Positions 20,028-29,381 are shown, numbered from the stretch's first letter. The stretch is 61,811 bases of DNA from Pseudomonadota bacterium (GCA_036163455.1 JAYZKL010000035.1:1-61811), one strand, 5' to 3'. Program-made: numbers and translations. The notes: generated by a model not told the origin, from the sequence alone.

Positions 20028-20348
20028 AAACTTAGATTATAGCGATTCAAATCAACTAAACAACTTACTAATGCACTCAATTGAAACAACAAAATGAAAA
20101 ATGCTTAAAAAACTAATAATTTTTGATTAATATTTGCGTGAAAATGAGGCAAATTTGTAGAAAAGCCATGATTTATTAACATTTTTTTTGAGTTCCAAAG
20201 AAACATTGCTTTAAATTCAAATATAAAGAATAAGAAAAATGAATACTCCATAAATAATTGAAATATATATGTTTTTTGAAATTGATTATAAATTGAACAA
20301 TCCAAACAACTTGAGCAATCTGAATAGCCATTGATAAAAAGTCTGTAG

Positions 20349-20383
20349 TTATCCACAGTTTTTTCCACAAAATCTGTGGATAA
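20349..20383. promoter_or_regulatory. cluster of three DnaA boxes (two perfect, one relaxed-consensus)
   Basis: TTATCCACA at 20349-20357 (perfect). TTTTCCACA at 20361-20369 (fits TT[A/T]TNCACA). TGTGGATAA at 20375-20383 (perfect, opposite orientation). Spacings are 3 and 5 bp. The cluster lies in the 413-bp AT-rich gap upstream of priA. Confidence 0.6.
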
Positions 20384-20440
20384 TTTTTTTCTAATCAGAT
20401 TTTCTACAATAGGAAATACTCTTACTAAATGTATAATTAA

Positions 20441-22624
20441 ATGATGTCTAATTCAGTCAAAGTTGCCCTAAATTTACCAATTTATCATACATTTGATTAC
20501 CAGCTGCCTGGTAATATAAAACAAGCCATTCCGGGCACTAGAGTAGAAGTGCCATTTGGTCAAAGAAAAATGACTGGTATTGTAATCTCACCTGGCAAAA
20601 CTCCATTTGATGACAAGCCAAAAGCTAGATATAAATTGAAAGAGGTTTTAAATCAGATTGATGAAGATCCCATAATTGGTAAAGATATCCTGGATTTATG
20701 TCTTTGGGGCTCTAATTACTATCAACATCCTATAGGTCAGGTATTATTTAGCTCTATACCATCACTTCTTCGTAAAGGGCAAATTATTGATTATGAAAAA
20801 TTTAAAAAATATAAGTTTTTAGTTAATTCTAATGTAAATATAGGTGAATTAGATAATAAACCTTCCCAGAAGAGATTATATGAGTATATTAAAAATAAAA
20901 AAAATGTATTTATCGAAGATATAAAAAATGCTTCTAATGATTTAAGTATTTTAAAGAAACTGATTGAAAATGGCTTTATTAAAAAACTTGAATTTTGTGA
21001 AGAAAATAAGTCCAATCAGCTTGAAATAAAACTAAATTCTGAACAATTAAAAGTTTTTGAAGATATTAAATGTGATTTAAATTCATTTAATAGTTTTTTA
21101 ATAGAAGGAGTAACTGGAAGTGGAAAAACAGAATTATATATAAAAATATCTGATTATGTAGCCTCTAAAAAAGGTCAGATTTTAATTGTAGTTCCAGAAA
21201 TAAATTTAACCCCTCAAACTTTAAATAGATTCAAAAAATATCTGAAATACAATGTGGATAGCTACCACTCTTCATTAACAGAGAATGAAAAACTAAAAGT
21301 TTGGCTAGATACTAAAAATGGGAATCTGGATATAATTGTAGGTACAAGATCATCAATTTTTCTTCCATTTAAGAATTTAAAAGCAATTATAATAGATGAG
21401 GAGCATGACTTATCTTTAAAACAACAAGAAAAATTTAAATATCATGCTCGTGATTTATCGATTATGAGGGCTAAAAGTAATAATTTGCCTATAATACTTG
21501 GAAGCGCTACCCCATCATTTGAGAGTTTATATAATTGTGAGAAAAAAAAATATAGACATTTAGAATTGAAAAAAAGGTTTTTTTCCACAACTTTACCAAA
21601 AATTTTTCTTGTAGACTTGAATAAAGATAGTCCGGATGAAGGTTTATCATCAGAGCTAATTAGACAAATAAAACAACAAATTAAAAATAAAGAGCAAACA
21701 CTATTATTTATAGGAAGAAGGGGTTTTAGTCATACTTTGCTTTGTAAAAAATGTGGTTGGATTTCAAGGTGTGAAAAATGTGATTCATATATGGCATATC
21801 ACTCAAATGAAAAAAAGTTATGGTGTCATCATTGTGGTTTTAAAAAAAATCAAAATGATTTTAATAATTGCTGTAAAGAAAGTGAAATTATTCCTCTAGG
21901 ATTTGGAACAGAAAGAATAGAAGATAGGTTAAAGTCTCTATTTCCATCATCAAAAATACTGAGGATTGATAGCGATAATATAAATACTACAAAAAAACTA
22001 AATGACTTTATTGAAAAAGCCAGAGATGGTTCGATAGATATACTTATTGGGACTCAAATGCTAGTGAAGGGGCATGACTTTCCGAATGTTTCACTTGTTG
22101 GAATAATAGATATTGATTCTGGTCTGCATAGTATAGATTTCCGTGGACTTGAAAGGACAGCTCAGTTGATGATTCAAGTATCAGGAAGATCGGGCAGGCA
22201 AAAAAAACAAGGAAAGGTCATCATACAAACAAGGAAGCCAGATCATCCACTTATTATTGAATTACTAAAAAATGGTTATAAAAGTTTTTCAGAAAAGGCG
22301 CTAATGGAAAGGAAAAATACTTACTTGCCTCCTTATAGCTATCTAGCTCTGCTTAAAATTGGGTCATACAAAAGAAATAGTTGCTTGGAATTCTTACAAA
22401 AAGTTAAAAATACTTTTGACACGCAGAAAAATATATCTATTTTTGGGCCTATTCCCTCTCCCATGGCCAAAAAAAATAATATATTTTATTTCCAACTAAT
22501 AATAAAATCTGCATACAGAAAACTTTTACTACAAAAAACTCAAGAAATAAGAGAATATATAGTAGAAAAGAAAATTAATAATATAAGATGGTCTCTTGAC
22601 ATTGACCCTCTGGATTTATATTAA
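20441..22624 (+). CDS. priA: primosomal replication-restart helicase PriA
   Basis: N-terminal VKVALNLPIYHTFDY, Walker A GVTGSGKTE, DEEHD, and the Cys-rich zinc insert CKKCGW..C.KCDS...CHHCG. Confidence 0.93.
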   Translation: MMSNSVKVALNLPIYHTFDYQLPGNIKQAIPGTRVEVPFGQRKMTGIVISPGKTPFDDKPKARYKLKEVLNQIDEDPIIGKDILDLCLWGSNYYQHPIGQVLFSSIPSLLRKGQIIDYEKFKKYKFLVNSNVNIGELDNKPSQKRLYEYIKNKKNVFIEDIKNASNDLSILKKLIENGFIKKLEFCEENKSNQLEIKLNSEQLKVFEDIKCDLNSFNSFLIEGVTGSGKTELYIKISDYVASKKGQILIVVPEINLTPQTLNRFKKYLKYNVDSYHSSLTENEKLKVWLDTKNGNLDIIVGTRSSIFLPFKNLKAIIIDEEHDLSLKQQEKFKYHARDLSIMRAKSNNLPIILGSATPSFESLYNCEKKKYRHLELKKRFFSTTLPKIFLVDLNKDSPDEGLSSELIRQIKQQIKNKEQTLLFIGRRGFSHTLLCKKCGWISRCEKCDSYMAYHSNEKKLWCHHCGFKKNQNDFNNCCKESEIIPLGFGTERIEDRLKSLFPSSKILRIDSDNINTTKKLNDFIEKARDGSIDILIGTQMLVKGHDFPNVSLVGIIDIDSGLHSIDFRGLERTAQLMIQVSGRSGRQKKQGKVIIQTRKPDHPLIIELLKNGYKSFSEKALMERKNTYLPPYSYLALLKIGSYKRNSCLEFLQKVKNTFDTQKNISIFGPIPSPMAKKNNIFYFQLIIKSAYRKLLLQKTQEIREYIVEKKINNIRWSLDIDPLDLY

Positions 22625-22640
22625 AAAGGTTTAAACTAAT

Positions 22641-24248
22641 TTGAAAAATAAACTCAAAAATCTGTTAATAGAAGCACTGAAAAAAAAATTTTCAAAAGAT
22701 GAGTTAGATAAATTAGTTGAAGTACAACAAGCTACTGCTAAACACATCAAAGCTGATTTTTTTTCTAATATAGCTATGAAATTAGCTAAGATTCTTAATC
22801 AAAACCCAATGGATATAGCAAAAGAAATAGTCAAGGTAATAAAAAAAACAGATTTATTTACTTATGATATAGCTGAACCTGGATACATAAACTTTATAGT
22901 TCAGGAAACTAAAAAAAATAATATAGTAACTGAGATTCTAAACAATAAGAATTTGTTGGGCTCAATTAAGACAAAAAATCCAAAAAAAATACATTTAGAA
23001 TTTGTTTCTGCTAACCCAACAGGTCCATTGCATATAGGTCATGGTAGAGGAGCTATTTATGGAAATATAATTGCTAAATTCCTAAAATTACAAGGCCATA
23101 ATGTTCATACCGAGTATTATATTAATGATGTAGGAAGGCAAATGGACTTATTATTTCATAGTATTTTCAAAAACCTTTTGTCTGATAATTTATCAGATGA
23201 GGATTTATATAAAGGTGAATATATTGACGATATTGCAAAAGAGTTAGAAAAAAAATATCCAGATTTTAAAAAAGTATCTACAGATATAAATAAGTCAGAA
23301 AAAAAGAAATGGATTAAACTAATTTGTGAATACATGATTGAAAATTATATAAAAAAAGATTTGGAGCATCTAGATATCTCTTTCGACAATTGGTTTTTTG
23401 AAAATAGCTTATTTGATGATAAAAGTGTTGAAAAAGTTTTAGAGAAACTTGATTCCTCTGGACATACTAAAAAACATGAAGGTGCTTTAATGTTGCTCGC
23501 AGATGAACTGAGACCTCTTATAAAATCAAATGGAGATTATACTTATCTTTCTTCTGATTTAGCTTATCATGATTATAAATTATCGAAATATGATTTAGTT
23601 ATAAATATCTGGGGTGCAGATCATCATGGTTATGTACCGAGAATCAAATTAGGAATGAAAGCTCTTGGTCACAATATTGATAAACTTGATATTCACCTTA
23701 TACAATTTGCAAACTTATACCGCGGAAAAGACAAAATATCTATGTCTACCAGAAAAGGAGAATTTGTTACTCTAAAAACACTAATTAATGAAATTGGAAA
23801 TGATGCTATAAATTTCTTCTATCTCACCAAGAAAAAAGATCAGCATTTGGATTTTGACTTAAACATAGCTATCTCTGAAGACAAAAATAACCCTGTATAT
23901 TATATTCAATATGCGTATGCCAGGATAGAGAAATTATTAATTGAAGCTGGAGATTATATGAAACATGACTTTAATCCAGATAGTTTGAAAGATAATCTTG
24001 AAAAGAATCTTATCGACTCAATGAATGTTTTTGAAGAAACCTGTGAGAAATCAATTATAAATTTAGAACCTCATTTAATGACACACTATTTGCAGAAGTT
24101 ATCTCAAGATTTTCATAGTTATTACGCAAATGTAAAACTACTGACTGAAAAAATAGATTATAATAAAATCTACCTTATTGCAGCAGTACAAAAAATTTTA
24201 AAATGTGGATTAGGGCTGCTTAATATATCAGCACCTAAACAAATGTGA
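22641..24248 (+). CDS. argS: arginine--tRNA ligase
   Basis: Class-I HIGH motif SANPTGPLHIGHGRG and the MSTRKG (KMSK-like) motif. The N-terminus aligns with E. coli ArgS (AEPGYINF). TTG start. Confidence 0.9.
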   Translation: MKNKLKNLLIEALKKKFSKDELDKLVEVQQATAKHIKADFFSNIAMKLAKILNQNPMDIAKEIVKVIKKTDLFTYDIAEPGYINFIVQETKKNNIVTEILNNKNLLGSIKTKNPKKIHLEFVSANPTGPLHIGHGRGAIYGNIIAKFLKLQGHNVHTEYYINDVGRQMDLLFHSIFKNLLSDNLSDEDLYKGEYIDDIAKELEKKYPDFKKVSTDINKSEKKKWIKLICEYMIENYIKKDLEHLDISFDNWFFENSLFDDKSVEKVLEKLDSSGHTKKHEGALMLLADELRPLIKSNGDYTYLSSDLAYHDYKLSKYDLVINIWGADHHGYVPRIKLGMKALGHNIDKLDIHLIQFANLYRGKDKISMSTRKGEFVTLKTLINEIGNDAINFFYLTKKKDQHLDFDLNIAISEDKNNPVYYIQYAYARIEKLLIEAGDYMKHDFNPDSLKDNLEKNLIDSMNVFEETCEKSIINLEPHLMTHYLQKLSQDFHSYYANVKLLTEKIDYNKIYLIAAVQKILKCGLGLLNISAPKQM

Positions 24249-25096
24249 TGCAAAATAAAATTGCTATAGTTTACGATTTTGATGGAACATTGACTCCAAA
24301 GACAATGCAAGAGTATACAATAATTCCTAAACTTGGTATTGAATCAAAAAGTTTTTGGAACTCAATCCAAAAGGAATCTAATTCAACGGGTGGTGAACTA
24401 ATGATGATTTATATGAGGCATTTGTTAGATGAAGCAAATAAAAGGAATGTTAAAATTTCAAAAAATATATTTCAAAAAATGGGTAAAGATATCATCTACT
24501 ATAATGGGGTTAAAAGATGGTTCTCATCTATTAATAAATATGTTAAAAACTTATCTAAAGATGTTCAAATCTCTCATTACATTATATCTGCTGGCCATTC
24601 AGAAATATTAAATGGGGTTTCTATAAAAAAATATATAAAAAAAATATTTGCATCTGAATATTTTTATAATCGACAAGGACATGCTATTTTTCCAAAAATT
24701 GTTGTTACAGATACAACTAAAACACAATATTTATTTAGAATTAATAAAGGAAAAGAAGTTTTATCCCAAAGCATTAATATGCACATGCCTGAAAATAAAC
24801 GCCCTATACCTTTCCACAACATGATTTATATAGGGGATGGAATGACAGATGTACCTAGCATGGCTTTAATCAAAAAAGCAGGTGGTCATTCTATTGCCGT
24901 CTTCCAAAAATCACAAAAAAAACAAATAAAAATATGTAAACAACTTCTAAATGCCAAAAGAGTTGATTTTATTGCGCATGCAAATTATTCAACAGAAAGC
25001 GAGTTATTTAAAAGAACCTGTTTACTGTTAGATTATATAGTCTCTAAAATTAAATATAATTATGAATTAGAGAAATGTAGAAAAACAAAAGTATAG
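24248..25096 (+). CDS. HAD-superfamily hydrolase/phosphatase, function unknown
   Basis: HAD motif I IVYDFDGTLT and motif IV YIGDGMTDVPS. The ATG overlaps the argS TGA (TGATG). Confidence 0.7.
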   Translation: MQNKIAIVYDFDGTLTPKTMQEYTIIPKLGIESKSFWNSIQKESNSTGGELMMIYMRHLLDEANKRNVKISKNIFQKMGKDIIYYNGVKRWFSSINKYVKNLSKDVQISHYIISAGHSEILNGVSIKKYIKKIFASEYFYNRQGHAIFPKIVVTDTTKTQYLFRINKGKEVLSQSINMHMPENKRPIPFHNMIYIGDGMTDVPSMALIKKAGGHSIAVFQKSQKKQIKICKQLLNAKRVDFIAHANYSTESELFKRTCLLLDYIVSKIKYNYELEKCRKTKV

Positions 25097-25097
25097 T

Positions 25098-25481
25098 CTA
25101 ATCTTGATCAACTAAGGTTAAATCATTTTCTCTGTCCAAAAATTTATATTGCAATTTCTCAACATTAAATGAATTTTTAAAATAATCTATAACCAAGTCT
25201 ATTTCGATATCTTTACAACTGTATATATCAAGTTGAAATAGTCCAGGATTGTTTTCGTCCCAAATATGCAATACGATATGGCTAGTTTCTATGAGGGCCA
25301 TACATGTAATTCCACGATTACCTTTCTGATCAACATAAGAAATTGATGGCGCATGCATAAGCTTCATATTAATTTTTTTAATTAAATTTTCCATCCACTC
25401 AAGAATTTGATACATCTCTCCTTTAGTTGGTGTATTTGAAACTTCAGCTCTTACAATTAGATGTTTATGTTTTACATTCAT
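25098..25481 (-). CDS. speD: SpeD-family pyruvoyl-dependent decarboxylase proenzyme (S-adenosylmethionine decarboxylase class 1-like; substrate uncertain)
   Basis: 127 aa. CMALIETSHIVLHIWDENNPGLFQLDIYSCK aligns with B. subtilis SpeD [28 protein letters not shown]. It is divergent from speE. Confidence 0.7.
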   Translation of the reverse strand: MNVKHKHLIVRAEVSNTPTKGEMYQILEWMENLIKKINMKLMHAPSISYVDQKGNRGITCMALIETSHIVLHIWDENNPGLFQLDIYSCKDIEIDLVIDYFKNSFNVEKLQYKFLDRENDLTLVDQD

Positions 25482-25521
25482 TAGATATTATTTTTTGACA
25501 GAATATCATATTATAGTCCTT

Positions 25522-26256
25522 ATGAAAAAAAGAATAGTCTCTGAATATAATAAAGATACGAAAAAAGCATTTTCTATAACCATTAATAAGAAATTAGTAA
25601 ATAAGCAGTCTAAATATCAAAAAATCGAAATATATGAGTCGAATAAATTTGGAAATGTTCTTTTACTTGATGGTTGCTTCATGTTCACAGAAAAAGATCA
25701 CCATTGCTATCACAACAAGTGTTTTGATTTAATAAGCCAAAAAAAGAATATAAAAAATATTCTTATTATCGGAGGAGGTGATTTTGGGTTAGTAAAAAAA
25801 CTGAGTATTATAGATTCAATAAAATCCATTAATTTAATTGAAATTGATGAGATGGTAGTAGATTTATGTAAAAAATATTTTCCTCAATTTTTTAAGATAA
25901 AGAAAGAATTTATGCAAAAAATAAAAATTTCTTTTAAAGACGGCTATATTTGGGTCAAAAATACCAACAAAAAATTTGATCTTATAGTAGTTGATTCAAC
26001 TGATCCTGTTGGTATCGCAAAAAAACTATTTACAAAAAATTTTTATAGATATATTTATACGGCTCTAAGTATAAATGGGGTCTATATCCAACAAAGTGGC
26101 TCACCCATCATACATGAAAAAAAAATTATTCAACCAATGGTTAAAATTCTAAATAAAGTTAAGTTTAAGAATATTACTATAAATCCTTTTGTTATGCCTT
26201 GTTACCCATCAGGTTTATGGTCTTTTATGAAGTGCGAAAGGAAGAGATACAGGTAA
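25522..26256 (+). CDS. speE: spermidine synthase-family aminopropyltransferase
   Basis: Motifs YQKIEIYES..FGNVLLLDG, IGGGDFG and VDSTDPVGIAKKLFT. ATG at 25522 is preferred over the TTG at 25495. Confidence 0.82.
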   Translation: MKKRIVSEYNKDTKKAFSITINKKLVNKQSKYQKIEIYESNKFGNVLLLDGCFMFTEKDHHCYHNKCFDLISQKKNIKNILIIGGGDFGLVKKLSIIDSIKSINLIEIDEMVVDLCKKYFPQFFKIKKEFMQKIKISFKDGYIWVKNTNKKFDLIVVDSTDPVGIAKKLFTKNFYRYIYTALSINGVYIQQSGSPIIHEKKIIQPMVKILNKVKFKNITINPFVMPCYPSGLWSFMKCERKRYR

Positions 26257-26314
26257 CTTGAGCATGTGGTAATTCAATAACTTGGCTCTCCTAATTAATA
26301 AATTAACTTATTAA

Positions 26315-26668
<354 letters not shown>

Positions 26669-26690
26669 CTAAAAATTTAATAACTTTTCA

Positions 26691-27407
26691 TTAAAAACTA
26701 TATGACAGAGATAGAGTAGCGTAACCAGTTTCTTGATCGCTATTTTGTGTAGCACCAGCTCCTCCATCATTATTACGTCCAATAGTTACATCTACATCCG
26801 CTCCCGCGAAAGCTGTAGAATATGTTAACTCGTGTGCCGCATAATGAAGTGCGCCACCAGTAAACGTTTGCCAACTATATCCAATTGATTCTGACAACGG
26901 AACATCTATTCTAAAATGGCCATAGTCCTTACTCGCATTTCCATTACCAGCTTTATAATCACCGTATATTACACTGTCAAATGAGAACAAACCAAAATCC
27001 ATTCCAAAATTAACTTCTTCATAGTCTTGATCAAAATCATCTGTGTAGTAATATCCAGTTACTCCGATGTGTGAGGGTATGCCAAACATTTCAAAGGCAT
27101 ACGAACCATACAAATCTATTTCTAGACTAGGATCATGTAGACTTGATGCACCGACATCTACCCACCATGTTCCTAGGCTTATATTTCCAGCCTCATAATC
27201 AGCACCAAAATTGATAGCTGAATCATTTTGAAAAGCTCCTCTATACCAATATGCGGTCATAAAACCAACATTATAAGTAATAGCGCTAGAGCCTCCTGAA
27301 CTCATACCTTTGCCTTCGCCAGTACCAGCTCCACCAGCAAGCGCTGTGGTTGCAGACATTGTCAATAACAAGAAACCTGCAACAGTATTTTTAATTATTT
27401 TTCCCAT
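26691..27407 (-). CDS. putative outer-membrane beta-barrel porin (resembles the TorF/Gcw_chp family, from memory TIGR02001/PF09694)
   Basis: Signal peptide ending TTALA-GG. Gly/Tyr-rich with an alternating beta-strand pattern. C-terminal ...ATLSLSYSF ends in Phe. GGGGAGAG Shine-Dalgarno sequence lies 5 nt before the ATG at 27407. AGGAGG precedes glnK 37 nt downstream. Confidence 0.65.
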   Translation of the reverse strand: MGKIIKNTVAGFLLLTMSATTALAGGAGTGEGKGMSSGGSSAITYNVGFMTAYWYRGAFQNDSAINFGADYEAGNISLGTWWVDVGASSLHDPSLEIDLYGSYAFEMFGIPSHIGVTGYYYTDDFDQDYEEVNFGMDFGLFSFDSVIYGDYKAGNGNASKDYGHFRIDVPLSESIGYSWQTFTGGALHYAAHELTYSTAFAGADVDVTIGRNNDGGAGATQNSDQETGYATLSLSYSF

Positions 27408-27446
27408 AATTTCTCTCCCCAATTACTCCTATTTATTAAATTTAAA

Positions 27447-27477
27447 GCTGGACGATTATCAACAATCGTAGTCCAGC
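27447..27477 (-). other. imperfect hairpin / palindrome in the predicted 5' leader of the porin-glnK transcript
   Basis: GCTGGAC (27447-27453) pairs with GTCCAGC (27471-27477). An inner GATT/AATC extension adds 4 bp, with a 3-nt bulge. Confidence 0.35.
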
Positions 27478-27490
27478 ATGTCATATACTA

Positions 27491-27506
27491 TGCATAATCC
27501 ATGCCA
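27491..27506 (-). promoter_or_regulatory. sigma-54 (-24/-12) type promoter upstream of the porin-glnK operon
   Basis: The minus strand reads TGGCATGGATTATGCA, against the consensus TGGCAC-N5-TTGCA. GG and GC have the canonical spacing. It lies about 85-100 nt upstream of the porin ATG. Confidence 0.5.
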
Positions 27507-27623
27507 ACCACATATTCCTTAATTTTAGTCCAGTGTTTTGTAACAATGACATACTTAGTGTAGAGTGTAAATAGTATAACTAGTAATGAAAACGTATGTA
27601 TTTGATGCATTTTATTATATTTT

Positions 27624-27640
27624 TGCACCAAATACGTGCA
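27624..27640. promoter_or_regulatory. NtrC-like enhancer site
   Basis: TGCACCAAATACGTGCA matches the TGCACC-N5-GGTGCA dyad at 15 of 17 positions. It lies about 120-135 bp upstream of the sigma-54 element. Confidence 0.35.
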
Positions 27641-27650
27641 AGAGGATAGC

Positions 27651-27878
27651 ATGTTAAATTCTGATAAATTAATAGAATTAGTTGAAAAAATAAACTCCTT
27701 GATTCCTGAAGGGAGTCCAAGTTTAAAGGAAGAAATGAAAAATAATATCAAAATTCTATTAGAAGATTATCTAAAAAAATTAAATTTAGTTACTAAGGAA
27801 GAATTTGATACTCAAAAAGAGGTCCTACTGAAAACAAGATTAAAAATTGAAGAATTAGAAAATAAACTAAAAGATTAA
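27651..27878 (+). CDS. ubiK: ubiquinone biosynthesis accessory factor UbiK (YqiC/BMFP family)
   Basis: LNLVTKEEFDTQKEVLLKTRLKIEELENKL aligns with E. coli YqiC [30 protein letters not shown]. The ATG at 27651 is preceded by AGAGGA. Confidence 0.8.
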   Translation: MLNSDKLIELVEKINSLIPEGSPSLKEEMKNNIKILLEDYLKKLNLVTKEEFDTQKEVLLKTRLKIEELENKLKD

Positions 27879-28366
27879 TTAGATTTTTCAATCATATAAT
27901 CTACAGCAGCTTTAACTTCATCGTCTGTAAGTGAAGGATTCCCACCTTTCGCTGGCATAACACCAATACCATTAATTGCCTGCTCATATAAATGATCTAT
28001 TCCTTCTGCAATCCTTTCGCTCCATTGATTTTTATTGCCAGTTATAGGTGCTCCAGCAGCACCACTAGAGTGACAAGCAAGACAAACTTCATTATAAACT
28101 TGTTCTCCTGATTTGGTTTGATTTGAAACAGCAACTTCTATTTTAGGTTTTATAGATGGGTTGCTAGCTAAATTAACTCTACCAATAGGCATAGTGCGGT
28201 CATCTATTAATTGGCTTAATTCTTTACCATGATTTTTGGTATGACTTTTTGAATGATTAGCAAAAACATTAGATAAATAAACTATTACGATTAGTATTAC
28301 AAATATTATTAGAGAGAGTATGCTTGCTGTTTTATAAAACTGACCATCAGTACTTTTTTGTTCCAT
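27875..28366 (-). CDS. membrane-anchored monohaem cytochrome c (c5 type)
   Basis: N-terminal TM helix, a single haem motif CLACH, and a C-terminal MPAKGGNPSLTDDEVKAAVDYM block. Confidence 0.85.
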   Translation of the reverse strand: MEQKSTDGQFYKTASILSLIIFVILIVIVYLSNVFANHSKSHTKNHGKELSQLIDDRTMPIGRVNLASNPSIKPKIEVAVSNQTKSGEQVYNEVCLACHSSGAAGAPITGNKNQWSERIAEGIDHLYEQAINGIGVMPAKGGNPSLTDDEVKAAVDYMIEKSN

Positions 28367-28440
28367 TGATAAAATTATCCTTTATTATTTTCCTTTTCGG
28401 TAGATTATACTAAAAGAAATAAAAAAATCATCTATAATTT

Positions 28441-28514
28441 GCGCCTGTAGCTCAGTTGGATAGAGCGTTGGCTTCCGAAGCCAAAGGTCAGAAGTTCAAA
28501 TCTTCTCAGGCGCT
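28441..28514 (+). tRNA. tRNA-Arg (anticodon CCG), CCA not encoded
   Basis: Cloverleaf: GCGCCTG TA GCTC AGTTGGATA GAGC G TTGGC TTCCGAA GCCAA AGGTC AGAAG TTCAAAT CTTCT CAGGCGC T. Confidence 0.93.
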
Positions 28515-28517
28515 AAA

Positions 28518-29366
28518 TTACTGAGACAATCTTTCTGCTGCAATTACTGTATTCTCTATTAATGCACAAACAGTCATTGGTCCAACACCGCCAGGTACAG
28601 GAGTTATAGCTGAAGCTTTTTCTTTAGCTGATTCGAAATCAACGTCTCCGCAAAGCTTTCCATCAATATTATGAATTCCTACATCAATAACAATACTTCC
28701 TTTGGGTATTTGATCCCCATGTATGAATTTAGGGACTCCTACTGCAACAATGACAACATCTGCATCAGATAATTTTGCAGTTAAATCTTTAGTTCTTGAG
28801 TGACACATTGTAACGGTTGCATGTTTTTGCTGGCAAAGTATAGATACTGGTTTGCCTACAATATTGGACCTTCCTATAACTGTAACATTCTTTCCTTTTA
28901 AATCAGTTTCAGTAGACTCCAATAACAGCATAATTCCCTTAGGGGTACATGAAACCAAGGTCTCTTCACCAAGAAATAGTTTTCCTACATTGGTAGGAGT
29001 AAAACCATCAACATCTTTTGATGGATCAATGCTATTTAGTACTTTGGTTACAGATATATGATCTGGAAGCGGTAATTGTACAATTACTCCATGTATATTA
29101 TCGTCTTTATTAATCTTCAGGATTTCATCTAAAATTTCTTGTTCCGATATTGAGTCAGGAAATCTTCTTACCTCTGAATTTATGCCAGCCTTACTGGCAA
29201 ACTTTTCCTTTTGTCTAACGTAACTCGCTGACGCTTTAACATCACCAACTAAAATAACAACAAGAGTAGGAATTATGTCTTTAGTTTTAAGTTCATCAAC
29301 TTTATTTTTTATTTTAGTTGTTAAAATTTTTTCAGCAACATCTTTCCCACTAATAATATCTGCCAT
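28518..29366 (-). CDS. folD: bifunctional methylenetetrahydrofolate dehydrogenase / methenyltetrahydrofolate cyclohydrolase
   Basis: Motifs LVVILVGD..AS..YVRQKEK, VIGRSNIVGKPV and PVPGGVGPMT. Confidence 0.93.
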   Translation of the reverse strand: MADIISGKDVAEKILTTKIKNKVDELKTKDIIPTLVVILVGDVKASASYVRQKEKFASKAGINSEVRRFPDSISEQEILDEILKINKDDNIHGVIVQLPLPDHISVTKVLNSIDPSKDVDGFTPTNVGKLFLGEETLVSCTPKGIMLLLESTETDLKGKNVTVIGRSNIVGKPVSILCQQKHATVTMCHSRTKDLTAKLSDADVVIVAVGVPKFIHGDQIPKGSIVIDVGIHNIDGKLCGDVDFESAKEKASAITPVPGGVGPMTVCALIENTVIAAERLSQ

Positions 29367-29381
29367 GACTTACCTCCCAAA

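Noticed and set aside
20105-20370. Two minus-strand ORFs (87 and 64 aa) inside the 413-bp gap upstream of priA.
   Set aside because: They are low-complexity, AT-driven sequences. The 87-aa ORF uses a GTG start inside the DnaA boxes. I found no Shine-Dalgarno sequence and no recognisable family. I checked for a remnant of rpmE, the usual priA neighbour, and saw no similarity. Treated as non-coding.
28433-28438. TATAAT hexamer just upstream of tRNA-Arg, considered as its -10 element.
   Set aside because: It ends only 2 nt before the mature tRNA 5' end, so a transcript from it would start inside the tRNA. It is probably an AT-rich coincidence, and the real promoter was not identified.
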